A DNA stretch of 64,000 bases from a virus, in IMG/VR virus record IMGVR_UViG_3300023196_003068, positions 10,409 to 74,408 of that record. One strand, 5' to 3'. The stretch's first letter is position 1; the number at the start of each line of letters is the position of its first letter. Positions 19,697-31,600 of this stretch are shown here, one piece after another. Under the pieces are notes generated by a model. That model had not been told where the DNA came from, searched no databases, and saw only the letters and a program-made list of their open reading frames with translations. The translations under genes and the position numbers were made by a program.

Positions 19697-22600
19697 TTAA
19701 CATATTTCATCTGGTAAACTGTCTATATCTTCTTGAGTAAGAGCCGTTCCCTTATCTTTTTGTTGATCTGTTATATCTATTGTTCTCGAAGGTGCCTTTG
19801 GCATTCCTTCAGTTATATCAGATGCTCTCCTAAAAGTAAGAGTTATTGTGTAATCTTTAACCACCCTTCCGTCAGGAAGAGTAATAGGAGGCAAATTATT
19901 TCCTTTTGTCGGTGCCATAGGTGTATCATGAGCCATTTCAAATCTTCCTTTTCCATCCATTCCAAAAGTATAAATAGTTCCCGATTTTGTGGGAATTTCA
20001 GTTTTTCTACCCGTCTCAGCCCAAGAAGCCAGGCCAGTAGGATTGCCATTTTTATCTATATCCTCATAAATATTAATAGCATTCCCTACACCAATGGTAT
20101 ATACAACCACCCCATAGTTTCTTGCAGTTTCACTTTCTGTAGTATCTCTATGTGTAGAAATCTTATCACCAGGTAAATAAATATTACCAATAACAGCATC
20201 ATAATTGGACATATCGATTCCTAAAACTTGCTCCACTTCATCAATTATAGGTTGTAATACAGACAAACCAGGTAATGGATTTCCCTTTTGATCTAAACCA
20301 TGATACGCATATTTGAATCCTGTGGATTTAGTAATACCCTTTCTTTTCATTTCTGCAACCTCAGCATCTCTTGATCTTTTATCATATGAATTAATTTCCA
20401 ACTTAGGATCAGCATCCAATTCAATACGTGTCCATCTTAATCCAAACTGAAACATTAGATTGGCTCTCGCACCTATATTCTCTTTAGTTGCTTGAGCTAG
20501 AATTTGAGGCTGAATAAGCTTAATAAATTCCTTCTCCTTTTCTATGGAAGGGTTTGTCTCTGCAACATTCACCCCATAGGCATCAGATATAACTCTTACT
20601 GGGGTCTTAGGTAGCTTTTTCTTGTATAGATCAAGAATATCCTTCCTATTTCCATCAGTAGCTCCCCACTTCATTTTTTTATTAGATGTAAGAGAGATAA
20701 TATTTTCCTTTGGAGTTACTAAATATTTAGCACCTTTATAAGCAACCTGAATAGCTTTAGAATTTAATGGAGTTAAATTTTTCTCGCTAAAAGATTTTTT
20801 AGCCTTAGCACCTTCTTCTTTTAAATTAAGAACTTGCCATGTTCCATTAGTATTTTTCTTAACAGCAATGTACGTAATTCCTTTGGAGTCTTTAACATAC
20901 CTACCAACTTCTACAGACAGTTTGTCTTCACTAGTTGTAAGCTTACCTTTAAATGTTGCTTTATATACATCCCTAATAGCTTCTTCTGCATTAGCAGACA
21001 TGCCTCTACTACCAATAGCTGCAAAATTATTAGTCAAAATAGGTGTATCAATTGACACAAATTTAGAACCATCCCAAGTATACCATCCTTGTGGTAAATG
21101 TGAATCGGCTTTTTTATTAGGATCATTATACACATATACAGGTTTTCCAGCTTGTATAGCCATTTCTACAGCATACCCAGTACCGCCTTGAACAGACTCA
21201 GATTTGCTAATTTTTCTTTGCTTATCTTCTGGTTTATATGCATCTTCACTCCAAGTATCCCCCTTTTTTCCAATCGGAGCAACAGCAAATACAGCTTCTG
21301 AATTAGCAACTTGTGCCCAATTTCTTATTAATCTTGAATCAGACATAGTTTTATACGCATAACCCCACATTTCTTTAGCGGCACTAGCTACTTTTGTCTT
21401 GCCATCCGTTTCAATTTGTGTATTTGTTATATCTACATTACCATAAGGTGCATTTGTTTTAGAAACTTTACCTAAATAATAATGATTGAATTTAATAGCA
21501 CCAAATTCCTTAGCTATATCATCCCATATTTTATCTGCGCCAAGAGCTCCACCTGAATGAGCTGTAAAATCTTTAGGATTATTTGTACCCTCCGGTCGGT
21601 CTGCTACAACTTTATTATAAGCATTTATTAATGTTTTTAGAAAATGATTCCCTTTATCTGAAGTCCACCATGTACCTTCTCCTTTTTGATAAGCTTGAGC
21701 ATCATCTTTTTCATCGTAAGTATGAATAGATTTTTCCAAGAATTCAAGACCGCCCCGCTCTATTATTTTATCAACTAAGAAAGGATACTGACGTAGCTTA
21801 GCCTCTATAAGATTAGTAATAAGTTCAAGATTTCTCGAAGTTGTACCTCCTTTGCCTTCTTCTCTTAAATCAAAATAAGCTTCTTCTACGTCTAAGTAAG
21901 GCCTTCCTAGTGGATTACCAGCATAGTTAAGACCTTTATCTAGCTGTAGATAAGTTCCTATAAGTTTACCCTTAGATTTTGAAGACTTTCCTCTAGGATT
22001 ATAATGAGTAGGATTAGTAAGAGCTGCTCCCAATGGATCATTAGAACCACTAAATATATTTACACCCTTAACACTAGTTGATTGGGAAGGTGCTACATCA
22101 TTAATAAAATAATCCAATACAGTAGCGTGAGATGGGCCACCAATATTTTTATAATATTCAATTGGTAAACCTCTTAACTTTCCTTTCTTAAAAGCCTCTA
22201 ATAAAGCCGTTCTATACTCTTGCTCCATAGTTGTATGCATTGTGCCTTGAAGCCACCCTATAAATTCTTGAGCTCCTCTTCCTGGTTTATTAGGATCCGC
22301 TGATATCGGATTTCCTATAGCGTTATACTGTTGAAATGATTTTAAGAAACCTAATTTCTTATTAACCCTAAATGCAGTAACAACTTTTTTATTCCTAGTA
22401 TTTTTAAAAATCCTTAAATGACCTGTTGTTTCATCCACTCCTTCTACAATCACAACCTTTCCGCGAATAGTCTTACCCCCAAGCTTATTCCATACTTCCA
22501 TGATTTTAGCAGAAAACTTGTCCTTTCCTACAGAAATACTCTTTTGATTTTTAAGTTTTGCAATTTCGGTATTTCGATAAACAGTCCTAACTTCCATTAA

Positions 22601-25600
22601 GACCTTCTCTAACATTGTAGAATATGGACTAACACCTATTTCTATAGGCCCATCAGTATTTGCAAGTCGATCAAAGAAGTCAGATTTTTTGTCACCATGA
22701 TTCTTGAATTTATCCTTTACCTTTTGCTTCATATCATTAGCAACCTCAATAATAGATTCATTCGTTATAAGATCATCAGCTGACCTACTGTTTATCTCTT
22801 TTGAAAGAGCCTCATTAAACAAATAATCTAAGCCAAGATAATCCAACTTAACAGGAGCCTTATTAGGATCAAATAAATTATTTACTGAAAGATCTTTGTC
22901 ATTTGTCCACTCCATGTACTTACCAATTGGAGCATATCTAGGAATCGCTACCCAGCCTTTTTCTTTAAGAAAGTCAGACGCTAATTGCTCAATTCCAGAA
23001 TCTTTAAGACCTATATTAAAACGAGCCCCGGCTTTCATGGCTTTTTTAATTTTAGGTAAATAGTGTGTCTTAAACACTGCTTCAATTTCTTTTTGATACC
23101 CCTCTTCCTTAAGATCATGGGCTTCTTTAGCTCTAAACGTATTGTTACCAAACACCCAAACAACATCCTCTGAGCTAAATTTAGTTTTACTATGAGCTAA
23201 TCGCTCCTTATAATCCCCTGCTTCAATTATTCCTATATATTTAGAAGTAGTACTTCTTGGTATGCCCGAAAGCTCAACATCTTTCCCAATAGCTACTGTA
23301 GAAGCATTAGCCATTGCTTCATCTCTAGAAGTATCCTTTGCTCTTGCTCCCTCGATAGTCGCTATAGATATATTATCTGGTGTTTGACCAAGAGATAGAT
23401 CAACGAGATATGGAACTGATTTTCTATTGTCTATACCAAATTCAGTAAGTAGCATTTGATCAAGTTCTTCTTGAATAACACCCTCCGGAGCATCTATTTT
23501 TCTATCTAGAATATATATCTCCTCTCCTTTTAGTTCTTCTATAAAATCCAAATCAAGGCTATTACCTTTAAACCATTGATGATCATAAACCTGAATTGAA
23601 TCAGACGGCAACTCATTAAAATTATTTACAATCTGAACATTATTATACGTCAGAGATTTAACAACATGAGTCTCAATTGTAACACCCAAATCATCTTTCA
23701 TGTAATTTATACCCCTACTCATTATCCTTGAAGCATTCTCCTTGCTAAGAAGCCCATCATATATTGCAGTAAATAGGTCTATATACCCTATGGATTCTAA
23801 AGGAGTTCCGCTTGCCTTAGCTTTCTCTGCCGCCTTCAATGCTCGAATTACTCTCTCTGCTTTAATCCCTTCCTCAATAACATTCCAAAGCTTATATTGG
23901 TTGATGATTTTTGTTAACGCATATTTAGCACCAGTATTTAAACCAGTTTGCATTATAGCCATATTCCCAAACTTATTAAAAAAATCAGCAACAGCTGGTA
24001 TTCTATGAGCTTTAAGTGCAATAAGATTTTCACGATAAATTCTAGCCATATCTGCATCCTTAATATCGGAAAGGAATATATTAGTTTTGCGAAGATCTAT
24101 GGCATAATCAAAACGCAAATCTTGTATTAAACTAAAATTTTCACGCAACTCAGGATGCTTTTGCATAAGCCTTCTTAATATTGATGCTCTGCCCATTCTG
24201 AAATCAAACATTGCTACAGGATCATCGGACCGATATAATGCTGCTTTATATAAAAGTGCAACTCTAGTAAATGTCCCACTAGAATAACTATTAAACTGGT
24301 ATAAATGTTTTTGAACCTCCTCATTGCTCATATCTTTAGTTTCCTCCTCTAATTTTGCAAACTCTATTGAGAACCGAACAAATTGATTTCTACCTCCCGG
24401 TGGAAACATTTGGGATAAATCTGAAGATATATAATCCGCACCAAAAAGAATAGTACTAACTCTTTGTTGCGCTTCATCCATCCACTTACTTCCAAAGGTA
24501 ATTTTTTTATCCACCTCATTAATAACCAAAGGATCTGAACTCCCCTGAACTTCTTCTAATGCATACCCATCATAGCTTTCTGAATTAAATAAAGAGTTCT
24601 GATATAAGAATAGTGTGAAATCATTCTTAAACTTATTTCTAGTGACTTGTGGGATAATGCCTGGCGGGGAGTTTATTTCAAATGACTTCTCGATAACAAT
24701 AGGATTGTTACGTAAAGCAAAATATTTACTAAACAACTCTATTATAAATTGATCATTATCAAAGATACCAACAGGAGAAAATTCTATTTCGTCAAACCAT
24801 AGATTAGGAATAGCTGATTGCTTACTTTTAAACTTAGTAGTTCTTGTTATGCGGTTTGTCGCTTCAGAAATACTCCTTATTTTTTGAGTGTCAAACTTTG
24901 TTAAATCTTGAAATGTCTGAAGGTCTAATGCCAAATCTTCAATCTCAAGATAATGAGAAAATATCTTAAACTGTTCAAAAGAAAAAGCTCCTTTACCATC
25001 TACTGCTTTAAGCCCCTCATCCAACAAGTCTTTAATTACACTAAAGTCTAAATTACCATCTAATAATGCACTAACTTTCTTGTATTCAGATGCCTTCCAT
25101 TCTCTTTCATCTTTAAAACCATCTCCCTCTTTAAACCAATCAAACATTGCATACCGAGCCTTGCTTAATATTTTTGACCTCTCCACAATAGGACTCACTC
25201 CAAACTCATCACTAAGATTACTAAAGACACCAGAAAGCTCTGCCTTTATTTTGTTATACTTAACAATCATTGGCATCGAAACAAAGTATGCAATATCCTT
25301 AATACTCATTCCGGCCATAACCATAAGCAAAAGCTGTGGAGTATTCTCTTTATTTCCTTGAATTTTAAATATCCATGGGTTAGTTGCAACATCTACATAC
25401 CCATTAACTAATTGCCCAAGAACTTGTGATATAGGTAACCCGTCCATATTCTTAGCCATAGCGAGTGATATTGCACCATTCGCCTTATTGTGCTTAAACT
25501 TAATGGTATAATCAGTAAACTCAAATATAACCTTATTGGCAATATCTATTTGAGCCTTTGTAGATTTATCATTTTCTAATACCTCAATAGCCTTTGCGTG

Positions 25601-28600
25601 TTCTCGCTTTTCTTTTTCAGTAGCAGTATTAAGTGTTGCTCCAAATCTTGTAAATAAAGCATAATATGTCGTAGCAATAGCGGCTATACCCAGAGCATCT
25701 ATTCCTATAGAATTATCTTGTTGTTTTTGTAGATTCATTCTATAGTCTAAGACAGTAGACCTTGCTATATCTGTTCCTGCTTCTTTATCTAATCGGTTGA
25801 ATTCATTAAAGCTTTTTTCTATAAGGGCATATGCCTGGTCAGCTAAACTTCTTAAATCAGTTTCTTCTTGAGCTTTAGTTTTACGCTTTTTCTTTTTTGT
25901 CTTACCCTCTACCTTCTCTTCAGTCTTTCCTTCTGTAAATAGATCGGTTTTATTTGGACGAATAAGAGCTTCAAAATTATTACTCATAGTAATTCTATCC
26001 TTGAAAGATTTTAAAAGCTCATTTTCTAAGCCTCCCATTCCTTTATTAAATAGCTTTCTTAATACTCTTCCCTTTTTAACTTTAAGATCTTCAGCTTTAT
26101 CATATAAACCATTAATCTCCGCTCTATAATTATCTTTAATCTTTTCAATTGTTGCGGTTTCCTCTGAAGTAAAAACTATTTCAGCTAGAGCTATATCAAG
26201 TCTTTCATCAAATACGGCAATACCTTCATCAATAGCCTGTTGTATCTCAGAAATACGCGATGATGTATATGCATGCACATTTCTTTGTTGCTTACGAGTA
26301 TAATTTTTAAAATTACCTACACTATTATAAACATCACTTGCATATTGCAAAGTCTCCACCATTTGCATCTCAAGCTTCTCCATTTGAATAGCATACTGCG
26401 GGAATTTAGCTCTTATAATCCCCTCAATATCTTTAATACTTTCATTAACCTTCTTTAGCTCATTTATTCTTCTTGTTTTAGCATCCTTTATCTGATCATA
26501 AACATCATTTATTTTAGTAGAGTATCCATCAATACTTTTCCCTAACTTCTCAAAACTTTCAGAAACCTTTTTGTGTACCTGCATTTCAACACTTCCATTT
26601 ATTGAAACTATATTTGGAAACATTGTAAACAGCTTATCAAAATCAAAATCTGAACCTGTTTTTGCGACTATCTCTGAAGGGACAACAACGATAGGACCAA
26701 CGGACTCTGGTAAGAACTGCTTAACTACCATTGCCTCTAGTGTGTTTTCTTCTGCTGTAGGTATACGTGGCCCTGCAATAGTAAGCATATCTTCATACTT
26801 AGCGAACCATTCCTTGTCACGCAAAGCACTATTTAATCGAGCTAAAGAAGCCTGACTATCTATAATGTCCTTGCCTGACTTAGCATCCTTTACTCTTACA
26901 GTAATATCTTGACCATCGGGATGCTTTAATTTTAATAGATGCTTGAATTTACCTTGAAGGCCAATCTTAACCTCCATCTTAGATATCTTATAATCAGCCC
27001 AAGCTCCCTCTCTTTCGTCTTTTATAAAGTTCCCATCTGCATCTTTTAAGTAGTAACTCTTAAGATCTCCGGCACTTAATATATCTCCAAATTTTTCTAT
27101 GTCTTCTGCTGTAGGCCCTTCAAAAGATTCCTGCATTGCTCCAGTAACCTGAACCAAAGGCTCACCATTAACCTCTATTCCCCGAAGCTTCTTGTCAACC
27201 ATTACTGTAAGAATCTTCTCTATTTTTTCAGCAACCAAAGAAATAGATAAATCATCTATCATTTCTCCACTACCATCCTGTTTTGATATAAACTGAACCT
27301 CTTCTGGAAGTAAATCTTCTTTCTCTAATTGTGATTGAATATAGATTAATAGCTTTTTTGTATCCCCTTTATAAGTTTTTTTCTCTTTACCTTCAACCCA
27401 GGTAATTTCTTCTTCCATTCCTATATCAAAAAGTAAATCTTCTTTAAGTTTTACTTCCATCCGATGAAGAATATCCTCATAGTTGGTTAACCACTTGTAA
27501 TTTGGAGATTTATTCTCTTGTTCTTTTTCAGATAAACTATCCCAATTTTCCTCTATAACTTTCCATTGCTTTGCAGTACCATTAAAATCAGTCGGCACAC
27601 CACCCTCCATAATGCCCAATAGAACTAATTTTCTCCATTGTGTTGGCAGTGTAGTGTAGCCCTTATATCCACTCTGAGTTCTAATCTGATCCCTAAGCCA
27701 CCTAACATGAATTTTATTTATAGTAAAGGGAGCATCTGTTATTTCTCTTTCTTTGTTGTAAACATCATCAGCCTTAGCATCTTCTATCGCATTTTTATTT
27801 ATACTACCATCTGAATTTTTTCCTTTTATAGTTACAATAGTGGAAAGTTTAGAGCCTGTCTCCATGGTAACATAATGAACACCATCTTCCATCATTTTTT
27901 CATGAAGCTTTTCTAATTTAGTCCCTGCATAAGCAGTAGGAATGATTGGTGCTAATGAGTACTTATGAAAGCCCCTCATCTGTAGACCATAATTATTGTT
28001 ATCTTCATTTGAGATGTTCCCATTGTATTGAAACTTCCTAACAGGAAACGTAACCTTTAAGTCTGCCGGCTCAAGAGTCTCTCCCTTAAGGATTTTTTGA
28101 TAAACAGACTCCTGGCTAGCCTCACCTGTAGTCGTCCAATTATTAGAAGCCATCGATAGGATCCGATATGTATCAAATGTTATCCATCCTTGAGCATCAG
28201 CCTCCTCTATTCCTTCATAATTTTCTTTTTTAGTACCACCCAGTTTTTCGTATTGGTCTTTAAAATAAGAATCATGCTCAGACTCTTTAATTATTCCTGT
28301 ATTTAAATGACCATCAAACGTAGTCTCCTTAAATGTTTTGCCAATTGCCTTCATGTGCTTTTTGGCAAACCCATTCATTTCAAATACATTATTTTTCTCA
28401 GTGTTTATATAGTTATACCAGCTTTGATCAAACCGAAACATGTCTCCTGTAGAGATAACCCCCGCATTACGTTTGTGGAAATTTCCAGCTGCAACTTCAT
28501 AAATGGCTAAATCTCCAACAAACATTGTAACATAGTTAACATTGTTGATGTAATTGTTTATGATCATTGCCCTAAACATCCTCTCCTTAGTAGTGGCTAC

Positions 28601-31600
28601 TTCTTCTTTATCATTTTTTCGATACTCTTCAATCTTATTTTCTGCAATTTTAACGTCTCCCTTCTCCTTAAGTAGCTCCTCAGATCGTTTTTCAAAATAT
28701 CTTTTTAAGTCTTTTTCAATTTCCTTTTTTTCCGAAAAAGAAAGCGTAGAATCTAATGTAAAAGATGTATCAATATTTCTTTCCAAAAGTCTCTTTTGTA
28801 CATCATCGCTTAACAATAAATCAAACATGTGAAGATCCTCTCCTCTTTCTAAAAATCCCTTATCAAACTTAACGGTCTCACCCTTTTCAATACGAGCCTT
28901 GATAGCCTTAATGCGTGCTATACGAACTAACTCCCCCTCCAGGTGTCCTTGAAATTGATTATATAGTATTAATGAATTAATCGGACTCTTAAGGTCGTCA
29001 TACTCTTCAGAAAAAATATGATTTATCTCATTCATACTTACAACCAATCCTTTTCGTGGATTAATTTCTCCTTTAACTTTAACCGGAGCAAATACAGTAG
29101 CAGATGTAGCCTTTGCTTCAGATCGTGGTATCTCCTGACGAGCCGCCAATGTTAAATACATATCAGATATAAACTTGGTATTCTCATCTGATGAAATAGC
29201 CTCTATTCCTTTTTCTTCTCTTCCATACCTTACCTTAGAGCCTGATAAAGTTTCATGTGTAATATTAATAGCTGGATTACGCTCCCCTCTTTTATCACCT
29301 TCAATATCCAATTGAAACATTTGAATAAACCAAGTATTACCTGCTATAGCCGGATTAGTTTCAACATTAAATCCCTCCATACCAGGAATGCCTATTAATT
29401 CATCATAACTCTTTGCGTTATTTAAGGTAGCAGCCTGGATTGTCATCGATGAATGCTTCGTCTTTTCAGACATGCGTTCATTATTTGCATTGAATTCAGT
29501 AAAATTTACATACTCATCAGAAAGATGTTGTGCTAACTGTACGATTTGTTCATAATACCCACTAACATCTGGCTGTGTTCGCTTCTCATTATTGGGGTCT
29601 ATATAATCAAATGATTTAAAAAGACTCTCAAGGTCGTATATACGAGAAACTTTCTCCGAAGCAAACTCACCTCGTAACTTAATGGATTCTATAATATAGT
29701 GAAGAACCCCCTTACCAATTCCCAATTCCTCATACCCTTTTTCAAGAGCATCTCTTACCTCAATGGTTTCAGGTAACTCAATTCCTATAATCTTTAATAA
29801 AGGAAAAGGATCTGCCAACCATTGTTTGCGATGAAAAGGTTCGTAATCATAATTTACATCTTTTTCTTTGTGAAACAACTCACCAGATGCATTTATAGGA
29901 ACATGAACCATAGTTTCAAAGCTCTCTATTACACCCATTAAATCATAAGTTTCTAGGTATTGACGATTATCTGCTTCATCTGTTGCGTAAATAGACCATT
30001 CGTTTATTTCAGATTGATTTCTAAAGTTATCCCGCCATTGTCCTTTAATGATTGCAGCATTCCCTTTTGGCTTACCTACAATTGACTCCCATCGAACACT
30101 CTCAGTCGCTTCATCTTCTATCTTTTCTAATGAATGATAAGTAAGACGATTTGTTGCTTTAGCTATAGATTGCCACAATGCTCCCCACTGAACTTGCTCA
30201 ACTGTTTTAATATCCGCAGATTGCAAATCACCCATTACCTTTAGCACCTGTCTTATTTCATGGTCAAACTTTGCTGCTTCTTTAAGTGCGTTATAAATAT
30301 CATCTGCATCTACGCGATTTCCTACTATTTTAACAAGCTTCCCTAATATTGTCTTAAAAGGGAGTGGCTGCGGAAGACCCAGGCGATTTGGTTTATATTT
30401 ATCACTTCTTCCTTGTCTTTTATATGAAGGAATCCCACTCAATAAATGTCGGGTAAGATCATTTGCCGACTCAGTAATTGAAAATTCAGCTCCCGTCCGA
30501 TCAAAAACATGTCTTAAGCGAGCATCTGTTTCATCATCCGTAAGCTCCTCAATATTTTGAACCTCCTCATTGAAAGTGTAAAAATCAGCATAGTTGTTTA
30601 GGAATAGTCCAATTATTGTATTATTGTCATCTTTAAAAGTATTAATCGAAGCTTCGGTATCTCCAAAAGAATCTAAAATTTTATCCAATAATGCCACCTT
30701 CTCAGCTTCCACTATAGATAAAACATTCATCCCGTTCATGTATATTTGTCGCTTTGTTTTAAATACATTCTCCATGTACTTAAAAGCTGCTGCTAAAATA
30801 GAAGGCTCTTGCACAACTCTTAAATATCCAAGACCATTCCTAATACTAGTCTTTCCCAGGTGACCATCAAGTAACTTATTTGCTTCTTTATAGTTTTTAT
30901 TAAACTCAGGATCGCTTACATCTAAAGATGATAACTGGGTAAGCAATTCAATCGCTTTTAGATTTGACTCAGGAGTAGCTCCTGTATTTAATGCTGTTAC
31001 TACAAATCTATGCATCAATGCTTTCATTGATGTCATGGTTATATTAACATCATCAAAACTTAAATCTACATCCTTCCCAAGCTCAAAGCTAGAGTAATAT
31101 GTTTCCGGATCATTGGGAATCTCAAATTTAGATATATCAATATTTCCTTCGTATAAATCTTTAAAGATGGCATTAACTTTTGGGCCAAACTTATTAAGAG
31201 TAGTAACTTCGTTTACTGTTGTTTTACCAAAGAATTTTTTTAATTGAGCCAACAACTTCGCAAAGAACTTAGCAACTTTAGATTTTGGCTTTTTATTAAA
31301 GGCACTACGATTAGTAGCATATTTACGAAATTCCTCTGCTAAATACTCTTCTATTTCTAAATCTGTAGCATCTTTAAAGTTTAATGTCTTAGCCTTTCCT
31401 AAAACCGTTACTGTAAATTGACCACCAAGACCCCTAACCTCTTTATAAATTTCAGCAACTTCCTCTTTAGTTAATATGGAATCAGTAAGACCATGCCATG
31501 ATTCATGGTATATATCTGTTTTTTGCGAACCAGAATATAGTGTAATTAATCCCGCTATATAATCAGCCACATATTTTGGTCCCTTTTCATGAACCTTATC

